Shown here one piece after another: positions 53,174-62,104 of a DNA stretch of 64,000 nt. The position numbers and the translations under genes are program-made. The stretch covers positions 73,862-137,861 of the forward strand of contig CACHCK010000001.1 in assembly GCA_902578305.1 (NCBI GenBank), read 5' to 3'. Position 1 is the stretch's first letter. Every line of letters begins with the position of its first letter. The notes below the pieces were generated by a model. It was not told the DNA's origin. It saw only the letters and a list, made by a program, of their open reading frames with translations, and did not search any database. Origin of the DNA: an uncultured Pelagibacteraceae bacterium. Its GTDB lineage: Bacteria > Pseudomonadota > Alphaproteobacteria > Pelagibacterales > AG-422-B15.

Positions 53174-54346
53174 ATGTTTGAGAAAGTTCAAAAATTATTC
53201 AATGAAAATTCAGTAAAGAATTGCCATTTTATATATCTGAAAAAAAATGGTAATGACTTTGAAAGTAATTCTATTTCTTTAGGTAAATCCCATTGGAACA
53301 ATAACCAGGATTTAAATGGTGACCACATATTTAGGCTGATGTCGATGAGTAAGCCGATTACAGCTTTGGCCGCAATGCAATTAGTAGAAAAAGGTAAGTT
53401 AAATTTAGACTCGCCCGTTGAAGAAGTTCTTCCAGAGATTAAAGAAATACCAGTCCTGAATGCTGATAGTAAATTGGTTAAGCAATCTAAATCAATAACA
53501 TTGCGTCATCTAATGTCGCATACATCAGGTTTCGCTTATAATTCACTAATGATGATTACTTCTAAAAAAATAAAAGATTTATCGATTTCTATGAAAATAT
53601 TATTATTTTTAAAAGGTATAATTACATACATTTATCCTTTTTCAAAAGGCCCAAGACTCTTCGAAGCAGGAACAGATTTTAAATATGGAACTGGTCTTGG
53701 TTTTGTAGGCATGATGATTGAAAAAGTTACAGGTCAGTCGTTAGAAGAATATTGCAAAGAAAATATTTTTAATCCACTAGATATGAAAAATACTTTTTTT
53801 ACAATCCCTAGAGAAAAGAGAGATAAAATTGTACCTTTAGGCATTAGACAGGGAAAAAAATCTAAAGTGATAAGAAAAATGCCTTTCAAAGGTCAGCCTT
53901 ACCCCAGGTTTTGGAGAAAATCTTACTATGGGGGAACTGAAATATTTAGTTCACCTAATGACTACGCAAATTTTGTGAAATGTTTAATGAACAAAGGCAG
54001 CTATAACGATAAGCAAATTATTTCTGAATCAAGTTTTAATGAAATGATAAAGCCAGGAAAATTTGATCAAATGTTTGAGAGAGATGATAATTATAATTTC
54101 ATAATGGGTGAAAATGGAAGATTAAAAAATAAAATGAATAGATATGGGTTAGGTTTAACAATTTCTTTCGATCCAAATGACTCAAGGCCTATTGGATCTA
54201 TTGCTCATGGTGGCGCTGCATGTACATTCTTTAGTTTTAATTTGGAAAAACAGAAGGGAGCCTTGATCTTTTCTAACTTCTATCCCTATAATGACAAAGA
54301 ATGGTATGAAATGGTTGTTGCTTTTGAAAACGAAATTTATGCATAA
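53174..54346 (+). CDS. Serine hydrolase, beta-lactamase class C/EstB-LovD-like family
   Basis: FRLMSMSK (SxxK), LRHLMSHTSG, FKYG, IFNPLDM, HGG. Confidence 0.9.
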   Translation: MFEKVQKLFNENSVKNCHFIYLKKNGNDFESNSISLGKSHWNNNQDLNGDHIFRLMSMSKPITALAAMQLVEKGKLNLDSPVEEVLPEIKEIPVLNADSKLVKQSKSITLRHLMSHTSGFAYNSLMMITSKKIKDLSISMKILLFLKGIITYIYPFSKGPRLFEAGTDFKYGTGLGFVGMMIEKVTGQSLEEYCKENIFNPLDMKNTFFTIPREKRDKIVPLGIRQGKKSKVIRKMPFKGQPYPRFWRKSYYGGTEIFSSPNDYANFVKCLMNKGSYNDKQIISESSFNEMIKPGKFDQMFERDDNYNFIMGENGRLKNKMNRYGLGLTISFDPNDSRPIGSIAHGGAACTFFSFNLEKQKGALIFSNFYPYNDKEWYEMVVAFENEIYA

Positions 54347-54377
54347 TTTAACAAATTAAAAATAAAGGAGTAATAAT

Positions 54378-54671
54378 ATGGAATTTTGTAATGCTGTGAG
54401 GTTTAAAGTTAAAGAAGGTTGTGAAGAAGAATACTTAGAAATAAACAAAAGTTTTGAAAATTTACCTGGACAGAAGATGAGTCGTCTTTTCAAAACAGGA
54501 GACCGTACATATTGTTTTATTGGTATTTGGGAATCCGAAAAAGCCATTGCCTCACAAAGAGAAAATATGATTGGAAACTTAGATAAAGTAAGACACTTAC
54601 TAGAGGAATTATCTCCTGAATTAGGTGTAACTGATCCTGTTTCAGGAACGGTTGTTCTTGATTATAGCTGA
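54378..54671 (+). CDS. Dimeric alpha-beta barrel (ABM-like) small protein
   Basis: NAVRFKVKEG, KTGDRTYCFIGIW, LGVTDPVSG; AAGGAG RBS. Confidence 0.75.
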   Translation: MEFCNAVRFKVKEGCEEEYLEINKSFENLPGQKMSRLFKTGDRTYCFIGIWESEKAIASQRENMIGNLDKVRHLLEELSPELGVTDPVSGTVVLDYS

Positions 54672-54693
54672 TAAATCAGGTTAAAATCTTTCT

Positions 54694-54825
54694 ATGAATT
54701 TAGATCTACCAGAGCTGTTATTTGGTATACCTTTGCACTTAACACTTTTGTGTATTTCTAAATTATACGCAAATAGGTCATATGATGAAGCAGCAAGATA
54801 TTTTGGTAAGACGAGTAAAGTTTAA
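54694..54825 (+). CDS. Possible 43-aa small protein
   Basis: MNLDLPELLFGIPLHLTLLCISKLYANRSYDEAARYFGKTSKV*; co-oriented, in the largest gap of the block; no homology recognised. Confidence 0.25.
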   Translation: MNLDLPELLFGIPLHLTLLCISKLYANRSYDEAARYFGKTSKV

Positions 54826-54932
54826 AAATTTACTTCCACCTGTAATTAAGCTTGTCATCAAAAGAAAATGTAATTTAAGTTTAATTGACCTAAACAAAAC
54901 AATTAGATCATCTAAAACATATCATTAATAAT

Positions 54933-55721
54933 ATGAGCTTAACTGATGAAGGACATTACGGCCCCAAACAACTCAATATGCTCAAAACTGTTTGGGGTGA
55001 AGGTTTTCTATCACCTGGCGGGACAGAAGAAATTGATCAGATTTTAAAAGGATTAAATCTAAAAAATAAGAAAGTTCTGGATATTGGATGTGGAACGGGC
55101 GGCGCAGTTTTTCATATGATTGAAAAATATGGTGCAAAGGAAGTTATTGGAATAGATCCAGAACCATTAGTAATTGAAACAGCAAATAATTTAGCTTTAA
55201 AGAAAAATTTATCTGATAAAGCAAAATTTATTTGTACGAAGCCAGGTGAATATAAATTTGAAGATAAAAGTTTTGAGGCAGTATTTAGTAAAGAAGCATT
55301 TTTACATATTATCGATAAAAAAAACCTGCTCAAAGAGATAAATGAGATCTTAGCTGAAGATGGTGTTCTTGCGGTTGGTGATTGGATGAGAAATGATGAC
55401 AACGAACCATCAGAGCAGATGAAAGAATATATTGCCGCAGAAGGCCTCGATATGTTCATGTGTTCATTAGAAAAGTACGAAAGTCTTTTAAAAGAAACAG
55501 GATTTAAAGTTCTCTCACTAAATGATCGTAATAAATGGTATCTCGAAAAAGTTAAGACAGAAATATCAGATATAAGAGGGCCACTTTATGATGATGTTGT
55601 AAATCTAATAGGAAAAGAAGAGGCAGACGGTGCACTTGAAATTTGGGAAAAACTTCTTGGTGTTGTGGAAAAAGGGGAACATCGCCCTGGTAATTTTCAA
55701 GCTGTAAAAATTTCAACCTAA
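54933..55721 (+). CDS. Class I SAM-dependent methyltransferase, phosphoethanolamine N-methyltransferase-like
   Basis: WGEGFLSPGG, VLDIGCGTGG, FSKEAFLHI, VGDW; single domain of 262 aa. Confidence 0.85.
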   Translation: MSLTDEGHYGPKQLNMLKTVWGEGFLSPGGTEEIDQILKGLNLKNKKVLDIGCGTGGAVFHMIEKYGAKEVIGIDPEPLVIETANNLALKKNLSDKAKFICTKPGEYKFEDKSFEAVFSKEAFLHIIDKKNLLKEINEILAEDGVLAVGDWMRNDDNEPSEQMKEYIAAEGLDMFMCSLEKYESLLKETGFKVLSLNDRNKWYLEKVKTEISDIRGPLYDDVVNLIGKEEADGALEIWEKLLGVVEKGEHRPGNFQAVKIST

Positions 55722-55722
55722 A

Positions 55723-55962
55723 ATGGACAATAAACTATCGCAGTCAGACATCGATCGCGTTATAGAAATGGCCTGGGAAGATAGAACAACTTTTGCTGAT
55801 ATTAGAAAACAATTTGGAATACAAGAGAAAGAAGTTATTAAATTAATGAAAGAGAATATGAAAAGGTCCTCTTTTTTAATGTGGAGAAAGCGCGTAAGGG
55901 GAAGAAAAACTAAAATTAGTCCAATTTCAGATCGATTTAAATCATCTAATCAGAAATCATAG
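55723..55962 (+). CDS. TIGR03643/DUF2805 family protein
   Basis: DRVIEMAWEDRT...SSFLMWRKRVRGRKTK signature. Confidence 0.88.
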   Translation: MDNKLSQSDIDRVIEMAWEDRTTFADIRKQFGIQEKEVIKLMKENMKRSSFLMWRKRVRGRKTKISPISDRFKSSNQKS

Positions 55963-55964
55963 CA

Positions 55965-56336
55965 ATGAGTAATATCAAAAATATATCTGCAGAAAATTGT
56001 TATAGCACAATTAAAGAAAACAAAGATGCATATCTAGTTGATGTACGCACACCTTTCGAATGGGAAACATTTGGAAGAGTAGATGAAGACTCTTTTGATG
56101 CTCGATACATAGAATTAACACTAATTAATGAAGAGGGTGATGAAAACACTAATTTTTTGGATCAATTCAATTCTTATGGAATTTTAAAAAATTCAGAAAT
56201 TTACTTTATTTGTAAGTCAGGAGCAAGGTCCATGCATGCTGCTTTAATATTAGAGTCAAATGGTTATCAAAATCTTTACAATGTTGAGGATGGATTTGTT
56301 ATTGGTTGGAAACCAAGTGGCTTGCCGTCAAAATAA
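55965..56336 (+). CDS. Single-domain rhodanese (sulfurtransferase)
   Basis: LVDVRTPFEW, active-site FICKSGARS, GWK. Confidence 0.9.
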   Translation: MSNIKNISAENCYSTIKENKDAYLVDVRTPFEWETFGRVDEDSFDARYIELTLINEEGDENTNFLDQFNSYGILKNSEIYFICKSGARSMHAALILESNGYQNLYNVEDGFVIGWKPSGLPSK

Positions 56337-56346
56337 TTTCTAAGAA

Positions 56347-56958
56347 TTAATCAGAAACAGTAATAATCTTATCGATTAATTTCTCAATATCATTATCGTT
56401 ATTTGCTAGAAATGACTGAAACTCTTCTCTTTGTGCAATTACAAGACTGATACCTTCAATATTCAGATCAATTATCTTTATATCACCGTCTCTATTAATC
56501 AGTCTCCACTTTAAATTTATTTTTAAAGTATCAGTTCCTTCTCGTACAATATTACTTTCAACAATTACGTATTTTCCTGCAGCTTCAGACCCAACAATTT
56601 GAACTTGCTCTCCAGAGTACTGATCAAGCTTATTTGCATAGGAGTTGATAAAATAATCTTTAAATGCAATCAAATATCTTTCTTTTTGTTCATCTGTAGA
56701 ATTTTTCCAAGTTTTAGAGAGTACGAATTTTGAAATTAAATTTAGGTCAATTGCGTTCATTACAACATCGGTGAAACGAGACGTTTTATCATTTTCGCTA
56801 ATATCCTCGTCACTCAAAATCTCAATCGCTTGGTCTGCAAAGTTTGAAACAAACTCTTCTTCTTGAGCGAACTCTGAGCTTTGGGCGTAAGCCGTGAAAG
56901 AAAGCAAAAAAATTAGAATCCAGCTATAATATTTAATTTTAATCATAAATAATCTCAA
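56347..56958 (-). CDS. mlaC: Phospholipid-binding periplasmic protein MlaC/Ttg2D
   Basis: Signal peptide, FVLSKTW, KIIDLNIEGISL...QREEF; adjacent to mlaA; the real start may be the second Met. Confidence 0.9.
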   Translation of the reverse strand: MRLFMIKIKYYSWILIFLLSFTAYAQSSEFAQEEEFVSNFADQAIEILSDEDISENDKTSRFTDVVMNAIDLNLISKFVLSKTWKNSTDEQKERYLIAFKDYFINSYANKLDQYSGEQVQIVGSEAAGKYVIVESNIVREGTDTLKINLKWRLINRDGDIKIIDLNIEGISLVIAQREEFQSFLANNDNDIEKLIDKIITVSD

Positions 56959-57760
56959 TATCTGGTCCTACATAACTTTCATCAATATCAAAGTCATCAA
57001 AAATATCATTTTCTTGATCTTGAGTATTACTTTCTAAGTTATTTGAGGCCTGACTTTCTCTTCCTTGCGAATAAAAGCTTCTTACTGCTGCATAGTAATC
57101 AATTGAATTATTTTGAAGATCATCAAGAATTTCTATGTTTTGGGATCTAAAGTCAACCGCGCCAGTGCCCATCCTGTAAGTTCTTAGAGAGTCAGGAGCA
57201 GACCCACCTCCCACTTGATACATTGGATCTAGCAGTGAGGTTGATAACATTCCTGCAAAGTCTCTTGGTGTGGAAGGTCCTAAGAAAGGTAAAACTAAGT
57301 ATGGACCAGACTCAACACCCCATACACTCAAAGTTTGTCCAAAGTCTTCGTTTTCGGATACAAGACCCATACTTGCTGCTGGATCAAAGAATCCAAGTAT
57401 TCCAACAGTTGAGTTAATAATAAATCGAGATGTTGATACTCCGGCTTTTCTTAACTCGCCTTGCAATACATTATTCACAGCCGTGATTGGCATACCTAAA
57501 TTATTTAATGAGTATGTAACTCTGTTTCGAACAAATTCTGGAACAATGGCTCTGTACGTAACAGCAATTGGCCTTAGGATGAGCTTATCAAAAATAATAT
57601 TAAATTGAAAAACCGCACGATTTACTTTTTCAAGTGGGTCATTAACGCTAACTATTTTAGTTTCAGAATTGTTATAGTTCACCGTGGCTTCTTTTGAAGC
57701 ACATCCTTGCAATACAAGAACAGAACTTAGAAATAAAACTATTAATATTCTATATTTCAT
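56939..57760 (-). CDS. mlaA: VacJ/MlaA lipoprotein
   Basis: Lipobox LQGC, DPLEKVNR, EDFGQTL, GPYLVLPFLGPSTPRD. Confidence 0.95.
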   Translation of the reverse strand: MKYRILIVLFLSSVLVLQGCASKEATVNYNNSETKIVSVNDPLEKVNRAVFQFNIIFDKLILRPIAVTYRAIVPEFVRNRVTYSLNNLGMPITAVNNVLQGELRKAGVSTSRFIINSTVGILGFFDPAASMGLVSENEDFGQTLSVWGVESGPYLVLPFLGPSTPRDFAGMLSTSLLDPMYQVGGGSAPDSLRTYRMGTGAVDFRSQNIEILDDLQNNSIDYYAAVRSFYSQGRESQASNNLESNTQDQENDIFDDFDIDESYVGPDIEIIYD

Positions 57761-57854
57761 TGAAATAATGCTATTCTATATGAATTTTCTAATCAAATTA
57801 ATATTTTTGTGTAATCGTATTATAAATAGAAAATGATGCAGAAATGAGCCAGTA

Positions 57855-58754
57855 TTGAGAACAATAGACATATTCATTGTATTATCCATTAATCTAGCGT
57901 GGGGACTGGCATTTATTTCTGCAAAAATCGGTGTAAATGAATTTCCACCATTTTTATTTACGACAATGAGATTTCTAATCATTGCAGTTTTACTCATTCC
58001 CTTTTTGAAAATTCACCGCGGCCAAATGACTAATATTTTAATTATTTCTATATTGGGAGGAGGCATTCATTTTGCGTTTTTCTATCTTGCTCTCGATAAT
58101 TCTCAATTTATTTCCTCTGTTGCTGTGGTTCTTCAATTAGGTGTACCATTTGCAACTATATTATCCGTTATATTTTTAGGTGAGGTGATTAAGTGGAGGC
58201 GTATTCTTGGGATAGCACTTGCATTTGGGGGGGTTATTATTTTGATTTTTGAGCCTACAATATTTTCTGATCTCGGCGGCGTTTATTATGCGTTATTAGC
58301 AGCTTTATCTATTGCTATCAGCCTTCTTTTTATGAAGAAGTTAAAAGATGTTAAAGTGTTTGATCTACAAGCTTGGATTGCTTTTATAAGCTTTTTATTT
58401 TTGGCAACGATTTCATTTTTAGTTGAGGAAAATCAATTAGACTTAATTTTAAATGCATCCATAATTGGTTGGGGAGCTATATTGTTTACTGCATTTGCCG
58501 CAACTGCTATTGGCCATGCAGGTTTTTATTACTTAATAACAAAATATGAATTATCAAAAATTACACCTTTAACCCTTCTTGCTCCGGTACTTGCGATAAT
58601 AAATGCATTGATTATTTCTTATTTTTCTCTTTATGAGGGATTTAATGAAGTGCTTACATTTAAAATTATCTTTGGTGCAACCATGTCATTCACGGGAGTT
58701 GCTATTGTAATGATGAGGGAACCAGAAGAGGAAAAGGTATCAAGTTCACCATGA
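57855..58754 (+). CDS. EamA/DMT-family transporter
   Basis: WGLAFISAKIG, PPFLFTTMRF; 10 TM segments in two EamA repeats. Confidence 0.9.
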   Translation: MRTIDIFIVLSINLAWGLAFISAKIGVNEFPPFLFTTMRFLIIAVLLIPFLKIHRGQMTNILIISILGGGIHFAFFYLALDNSQFISSVAVVLQLGVPFATILSVIFLGEVIKWRRILGIALAFGGVIILIFEPTIFSDLGGVYYALLAALSIAISLLFMKKLKDVKVFDLQAWIAFISFLFLATISFLVEENQLDLILNASIIGWGAILFTAFAATAIGHAGFYYLITKYELSKITPLTLLAPVLAIINALIISYFSLYEGFNEVLTFKIIFGATMSFTGVAIVMMREPEEEKVSSSP

Positions 58755-59467
58755 AAATTGAATATCTAAAATCCCCAAATTTTGAACAAGTAAAAAGAAG
58801 AAATATTAAATATATAATCATACATTATACAGGAATGAAAACAGCGCAGGAGTCAATTAAAAGACTTAGATCAAAGAAACATAAAGTGAGCTCACATTAT
58901 TTTGTTAATGAAAGAGGAAAAATTACCCAACTCGTAAATGATAAAGATATTGCTTGGCACGCAGGAATATCTAATTGGAAAAAAGATAGAAATTTAAACT
59001 CAAAGTCTATAGGCATAGAGTTACAAAATAAAGGTAAAGAATTTGGATATCACAAATTCAAGTTATCTCAGATAAAATCACTTATATCATTAATCGAAAG
59101 TCTACAGACAAAGTACAAAATAAAAAAAAGTAATATTTTGGGCCACTCAGATATTGCTCCGCTGCGAAAGATAGATCCGGGATATTTATTCCCTTGGCAT
59201 AAGTTGGCTGCAAAAGGATTAGTAATTTTACCAAAGAAAAATAATTCTAAAACGCCGCTTAGAGCTTCAGAGATTAAACCTTTACAACAATTACTAAAAG
59301 ATTTTGGCTATAAAATTACTTTATCGAGTTTAATGGATAAAGAAACACTTCAAGTTATTTACGCTTTTGAAAGTCACTATTGCCCCGAAGAGTTAGAGGA
59401 TTTTACAGTTAAGCGCAAATTGTTGGGATATCTGAGAGAACTTATATCTCTTCAAAGAGAGGCTTGA
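58751..59467 (+). CDS. N-acetylmuramoyl-L-alanine amidase (Amidase_2, AmpD/AmiD-like)
   Basis: IIHYTG, SSHY, AWHAG, SIGIE, GHSDIAPLRKIDPG; C-terminal PG-binding domain. Confidence 0.93.
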   Translation: MKIEYLKSPNFEQVKRRNIKYIIIHYTGMKTAQESIKRLRSKKHKVSSHYFVNERGKITQLVNDKDIAWHAGISNWKKDRNLNSKSIGIELQNKGKEFGYHKFKLSQIKSLISLIESLQTKYKIKKSNILGHSDIAPLRKIDPGYLFPWHKLAAKGLVILPKKNNSKTPLRASEIKPLQQLLKDFGYKITLSSLMDKETLQVIYAFESHYCPEELEDFTVKRKLLGYLRELISLQREA

Positions 59468-59492
59468 CCAATATCTTTTAAGAGGATAAACC
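59464..59492 (+). promoter_or_regulatory. Putative sigma70 promoter of rnpB
   Basis: TTGACC-N17-TAAACC ending 6 nt before the predicted RNA 5' end. Confidence 0.5.
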
Positions 59493-59498
59493 CTATCA

Positions 59499-59855
59499 GC
59501 CAGATAATTGGATAACTGCTTGGCTTGATCAAGAGGAAAGTCCGGGCTCCACAAGGCAACAGTGCCGGGTAATACCCGGCGGAGGCAACTCTAGGGAAAG
59601 TGCCGCAGAAAATAAACCGCCCTAATTGAAATTTTAAGGGTAAGGGTGAAAAGGTGAGGTAAGAGCTCACCGCTTTTTTGGTAACAAAAAAGGCATGGTA
59701 AACCCCACTGGGAGCAAGATCAAATAGGGTTACATTGGCTTGTCTTGGCTGTAACCGGGTTGATCGCACGACTCAATTGGTAACAATTGAGCTAGATGAA
59801 TAGTTATCGGTTTTTTGTAAAAAAATCACAGAACCCGGCTTATAAATTATCTGGC
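59499..59855 (+). ncRNA. rnpB: RNase P RNA (bacterial type A)
   Basis: GAGGAAAGTCCGGGCTCC, GAAAGTGCCGCAGAAA, GGTAAACCCC and ACAGAACCCGGCTTA motifs; P1 GCCAGATAATT/AATTATCTGGC. Confidence 0.97.
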
Positions 59856-59950
59856 AAAATTTATCATTTATTTTCAACAGTTTATAAATACAGGCTAATG
59901 TATAATATTAGTTAAATAATTGATTATAAAAGAAATATCATAAATAAGTA

Positions 59951-60003
59951 TAGACATTACCCATATAATCCCATACTATCCCAAGTAATCCCAATTTAAC
60001 CCA
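59951..60003 (+). promoter_or_regulatory. dcw promoter with five phased MraZ-type boxes
   Basis: CCCA at 59960, 59970, 59980, 59990 and 60000 (TGGG on the minus strand, 10-bp period), overlapping TAGACA(59951)-N17-TACTAT(59974). Confidence 0.8.
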
Positions 60004-60051
60004 AATGAGGTAATTTTGTTGATTATTTTAATAACTAACTTTTTTTTAAAA

Positions 60052-60504
60052 ATGGCATTGTTTCTATCTACATACATCAATCGCATTGACAAAAAAGGTC
60101 GTGTTTCCGTTCCATCTTCTTTTAGAAGTGTCTTAGAACAAAACGGATTGAAGGGAATGATTTGTTATCCCTCACCGACTCTGAAGTCAATTGAAGGATG
60201 TACTGCTAATAGAATGCAAAAGATCAGTGATGCGATAGAAGCATCCGGTCCCTTCAGTGAGGAAAGAAATACTTTTTCAACTTCTATTTTTGCTGACAGC
60301 CATCAAATTCATTTTGATCAAGAAGGCAGAGTCATCATACCCGATGGATTAATCTTTATTGCAGGTATTATTGACCAAGTTTCTTTCGTAGGTATGGGTG
60401 AAACATTCCAAATGTGGAATCCTGATACGTATGATTCTTTCAAAAAAGAAAAAAGTGATAATGCAAAAAATAATTTAGCAAATCTCAAATGGAAAAATGA
60501 ATAA
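60052..60504 (+). CDS. mraZ: Division/cell wall cluster repressor MraZ
   Basis: Two SpoVT-AbrB motifs, DKKGRVSVP and DQEGRVIIP; ATG at 60052. Confidence 0.95.
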   Translation: MALFLSTYINRIDKKGRVSVPSSFRSVLEQNGLKGMICYPSPTLKSIEGCTANRMQKISDAIEASGPFSEERNTFSTSIFADSHQIHFDQEGRVIIPDGLIFIAGIIDQVSFVGMGETFQMWNPDTYDSFKKEKSDNAKNNLANLKWKNE

Positions 60505-60529
60505 CTAATGAAAATAGGAGGATAATTTC

Positions 60530-62104
60530 ATGGTTTTAAATTTAAGTGTTCCAGAACTAAAAGAGCTTAAGCCAAAGATAACAGTATTTGGAGTCGGTGG
60601 TGCAGGCGGTAATGCAATTAACAATATGATTCAGTCCGGATTATCAGGAGTTGAATTTGTTGCAGCTAATACAGATGCACAAGCTCTGTCTAAATCATTA
60701 AGTGATTCAAAAATGCAATTGGGTGTTCAGGTTACTAAGGGGTTGGGAGCTGGTTCTCATCCTGATATCGGTAAATCCTCAGCCGATGAAACTAAACACG
60801 AAATAATGGAAAGACTTGAAGGCACAAACATGCTTTTCATTACCGCAGGTATGGGTGGCGGTACTGGTACAGGCGCTGCTCCAGTGATAGCGCGTGTTGC
60901 TAGAGAATTGGGTATACTTACTGTAGCAGTTGTTACTAAACCATTCCAATTCGAAGGTGCTGGAAGAATGAGAATTGCTGAGCAAGGGCTGAAAGAGTTA
61001 GAACATTTAGTAGACACAACAATTGTTATCCCAAACCAAAATTTATTTAAAGTTGCTGATGAGAAAACAACATTTGCTGATGCATTTTCAATGGCGGATG
61101 ATGTTTTGCATGCAGGAGTAAGAAGTATTACCGATTTAATGGTCGTGCCGGGATTAATCAACTTAGACTTTGCTGATGTAAAGACAATCATGAATAATAT
61201 GGGACGCGCAATGATGGGCACAGGTGAAGCGTCTGGTGACAATAGAGCAATAGAATGTGCTCACAATGCAGTTACAAATCCACTGCTTGATGACTACTCT
61301 TTGGACGGAGCCAAAGGATTATTGATCAACATAACTGGTGGAACTGACTTAACATTGCATGAGGTTGATAAAATTACAAATGAGATAAGAGAACAAGTCC
61401 ACCCTGATGCAGATGTAATTGTTGGATCAATCTTCGACGAAAATCTTGAGGGTAAAGCTAGAGTTTCTGTTGTTGCAACTGGGTTAGAACCTCATGACAA
61501 GCCATCAAAGAGAATAATTGATTTACAAGTAGATAATAGTTCAACAGTTTCATCAATTCCAGCAGCTCATGTGAATGGAACAGGATCTATTCATGCTTCA
61601 GCTAATCAAGAAGATGAAATCCACAAAAATTCTGATCCATATATGTACATGGATAGCTCAGATGAAAAGGACTTAGGTTTAATGAATGATGAAACAACAA
61701 ATGTCGAAGAGGAAACTTCTGAACCAGAAATGATTGCTGAGCCTATAGTTGAACCAGAACCAATCGAAGAACCAGAAATGGAAGTTGCTGAAGAAGAGGT
61801 AATTGCTGAGCCAGAAATGGAATCAGAGCCAGTTTCTGAACCAGAAATGATTGCTGAGCCTATAGTTGAACCAGAACCAATCGAAGAGGCAGCAATGGAG
61901 CAGGAAGAGTCTTCTCAAAGCATTATGGATTTAATACATGCAAATAGGGAAAATTCAGATAGCGACACGCCTGACTTATTTAGTGACCAAAACGTGCATC
62001 AACTGGATGAAGAAACACATAATTCTATTGAAGCTGATGAAGAACTAGAAACCGATCAAGATTTACTTGAAATTCCATCTTTCTTGAGAAGACAGAGTAA
62101 ATGA
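60530..62104 (+). CDS. ftsZ: Cell division protein FtsZ
   Basis: [32 protein letters not shown]-terminal [10 protein letters not shown]; AGGAGG RBS. Confidence 0.99.
   Translation: MVLNLSVPELKELKPKITVFGVGGAGGNAINNMIQSGLSGVEFVAANTDAQALSKSLSDSKMQLGVQVTKGLGAGSHPDIGKSSADETKHEIMERLEGTNMLFITAGMGGGTGTGAAPVIARVARELGILTVAVVTKPFQFEGAGRMRIAEQGLKELEHLVDTTIVIPNQNLFKVADEKTTFADAFSMADDVLHAGVRSITDLMVVPGLINLDFADVKTIMNNMGRAMMGTGEASGDNRAIECAHNAVTNPLLDDYSLDGAKGLLINITGGTDLTLHEVDKITNEIREQVHPDADVIVGSIFDENLEGKARVSVVATGLEPHDKPSKRIIDLQVDNSSTVSSIPAAHVNGTGSIHASANQEDEIHKNSDPYMYMDSSDEKDLGLMNDETTNVEEETSEPEMIAEPIVEPEPIEEPEMEVAEEEVIAEPEMESEPVSEPEMIAEPIVEPEPIEEAAMEQEESSQSIMDLIHANRENSDSDTPDLFSDQNVHQLDEETHNSIEADEELETDQDLLEIPSFLRRQSK
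61717..61887 (+). repeat. Perfect 54-bp direct repeat inside the FtsZ linker
   Basis: TTCTGAACCAGAAATGATTGCTGAGCCTATAGTTGAACCAGAACCAATCGAAGA at 61717-61770 and 61834-61887 (offset 117 bp, in frame). Confidence 0.92.

Noticed and set aside
53174-54346. Beta-lactam resistance gene
   Set aside because: No signal peptide, and the motifs fit EstB/LovD-like esterases rather than AmpC
44027-56336. Prophage or integrative element at the tRNA
   Set aside because: No integrase, phage or transposase genes, and no duplicated tRNA 3' end found by eye
59452-59769. 105-aa minus-strand ORF
   Set aside because: Shadow ORF antisense to the RNase P RNA gene
59960-60003. Possible CRISPR array or iterons
   Set aside because: A 4-bp core with 10-bp period directly upstream of mraZ is explained by an MraZ operator; no cas or rep genes present
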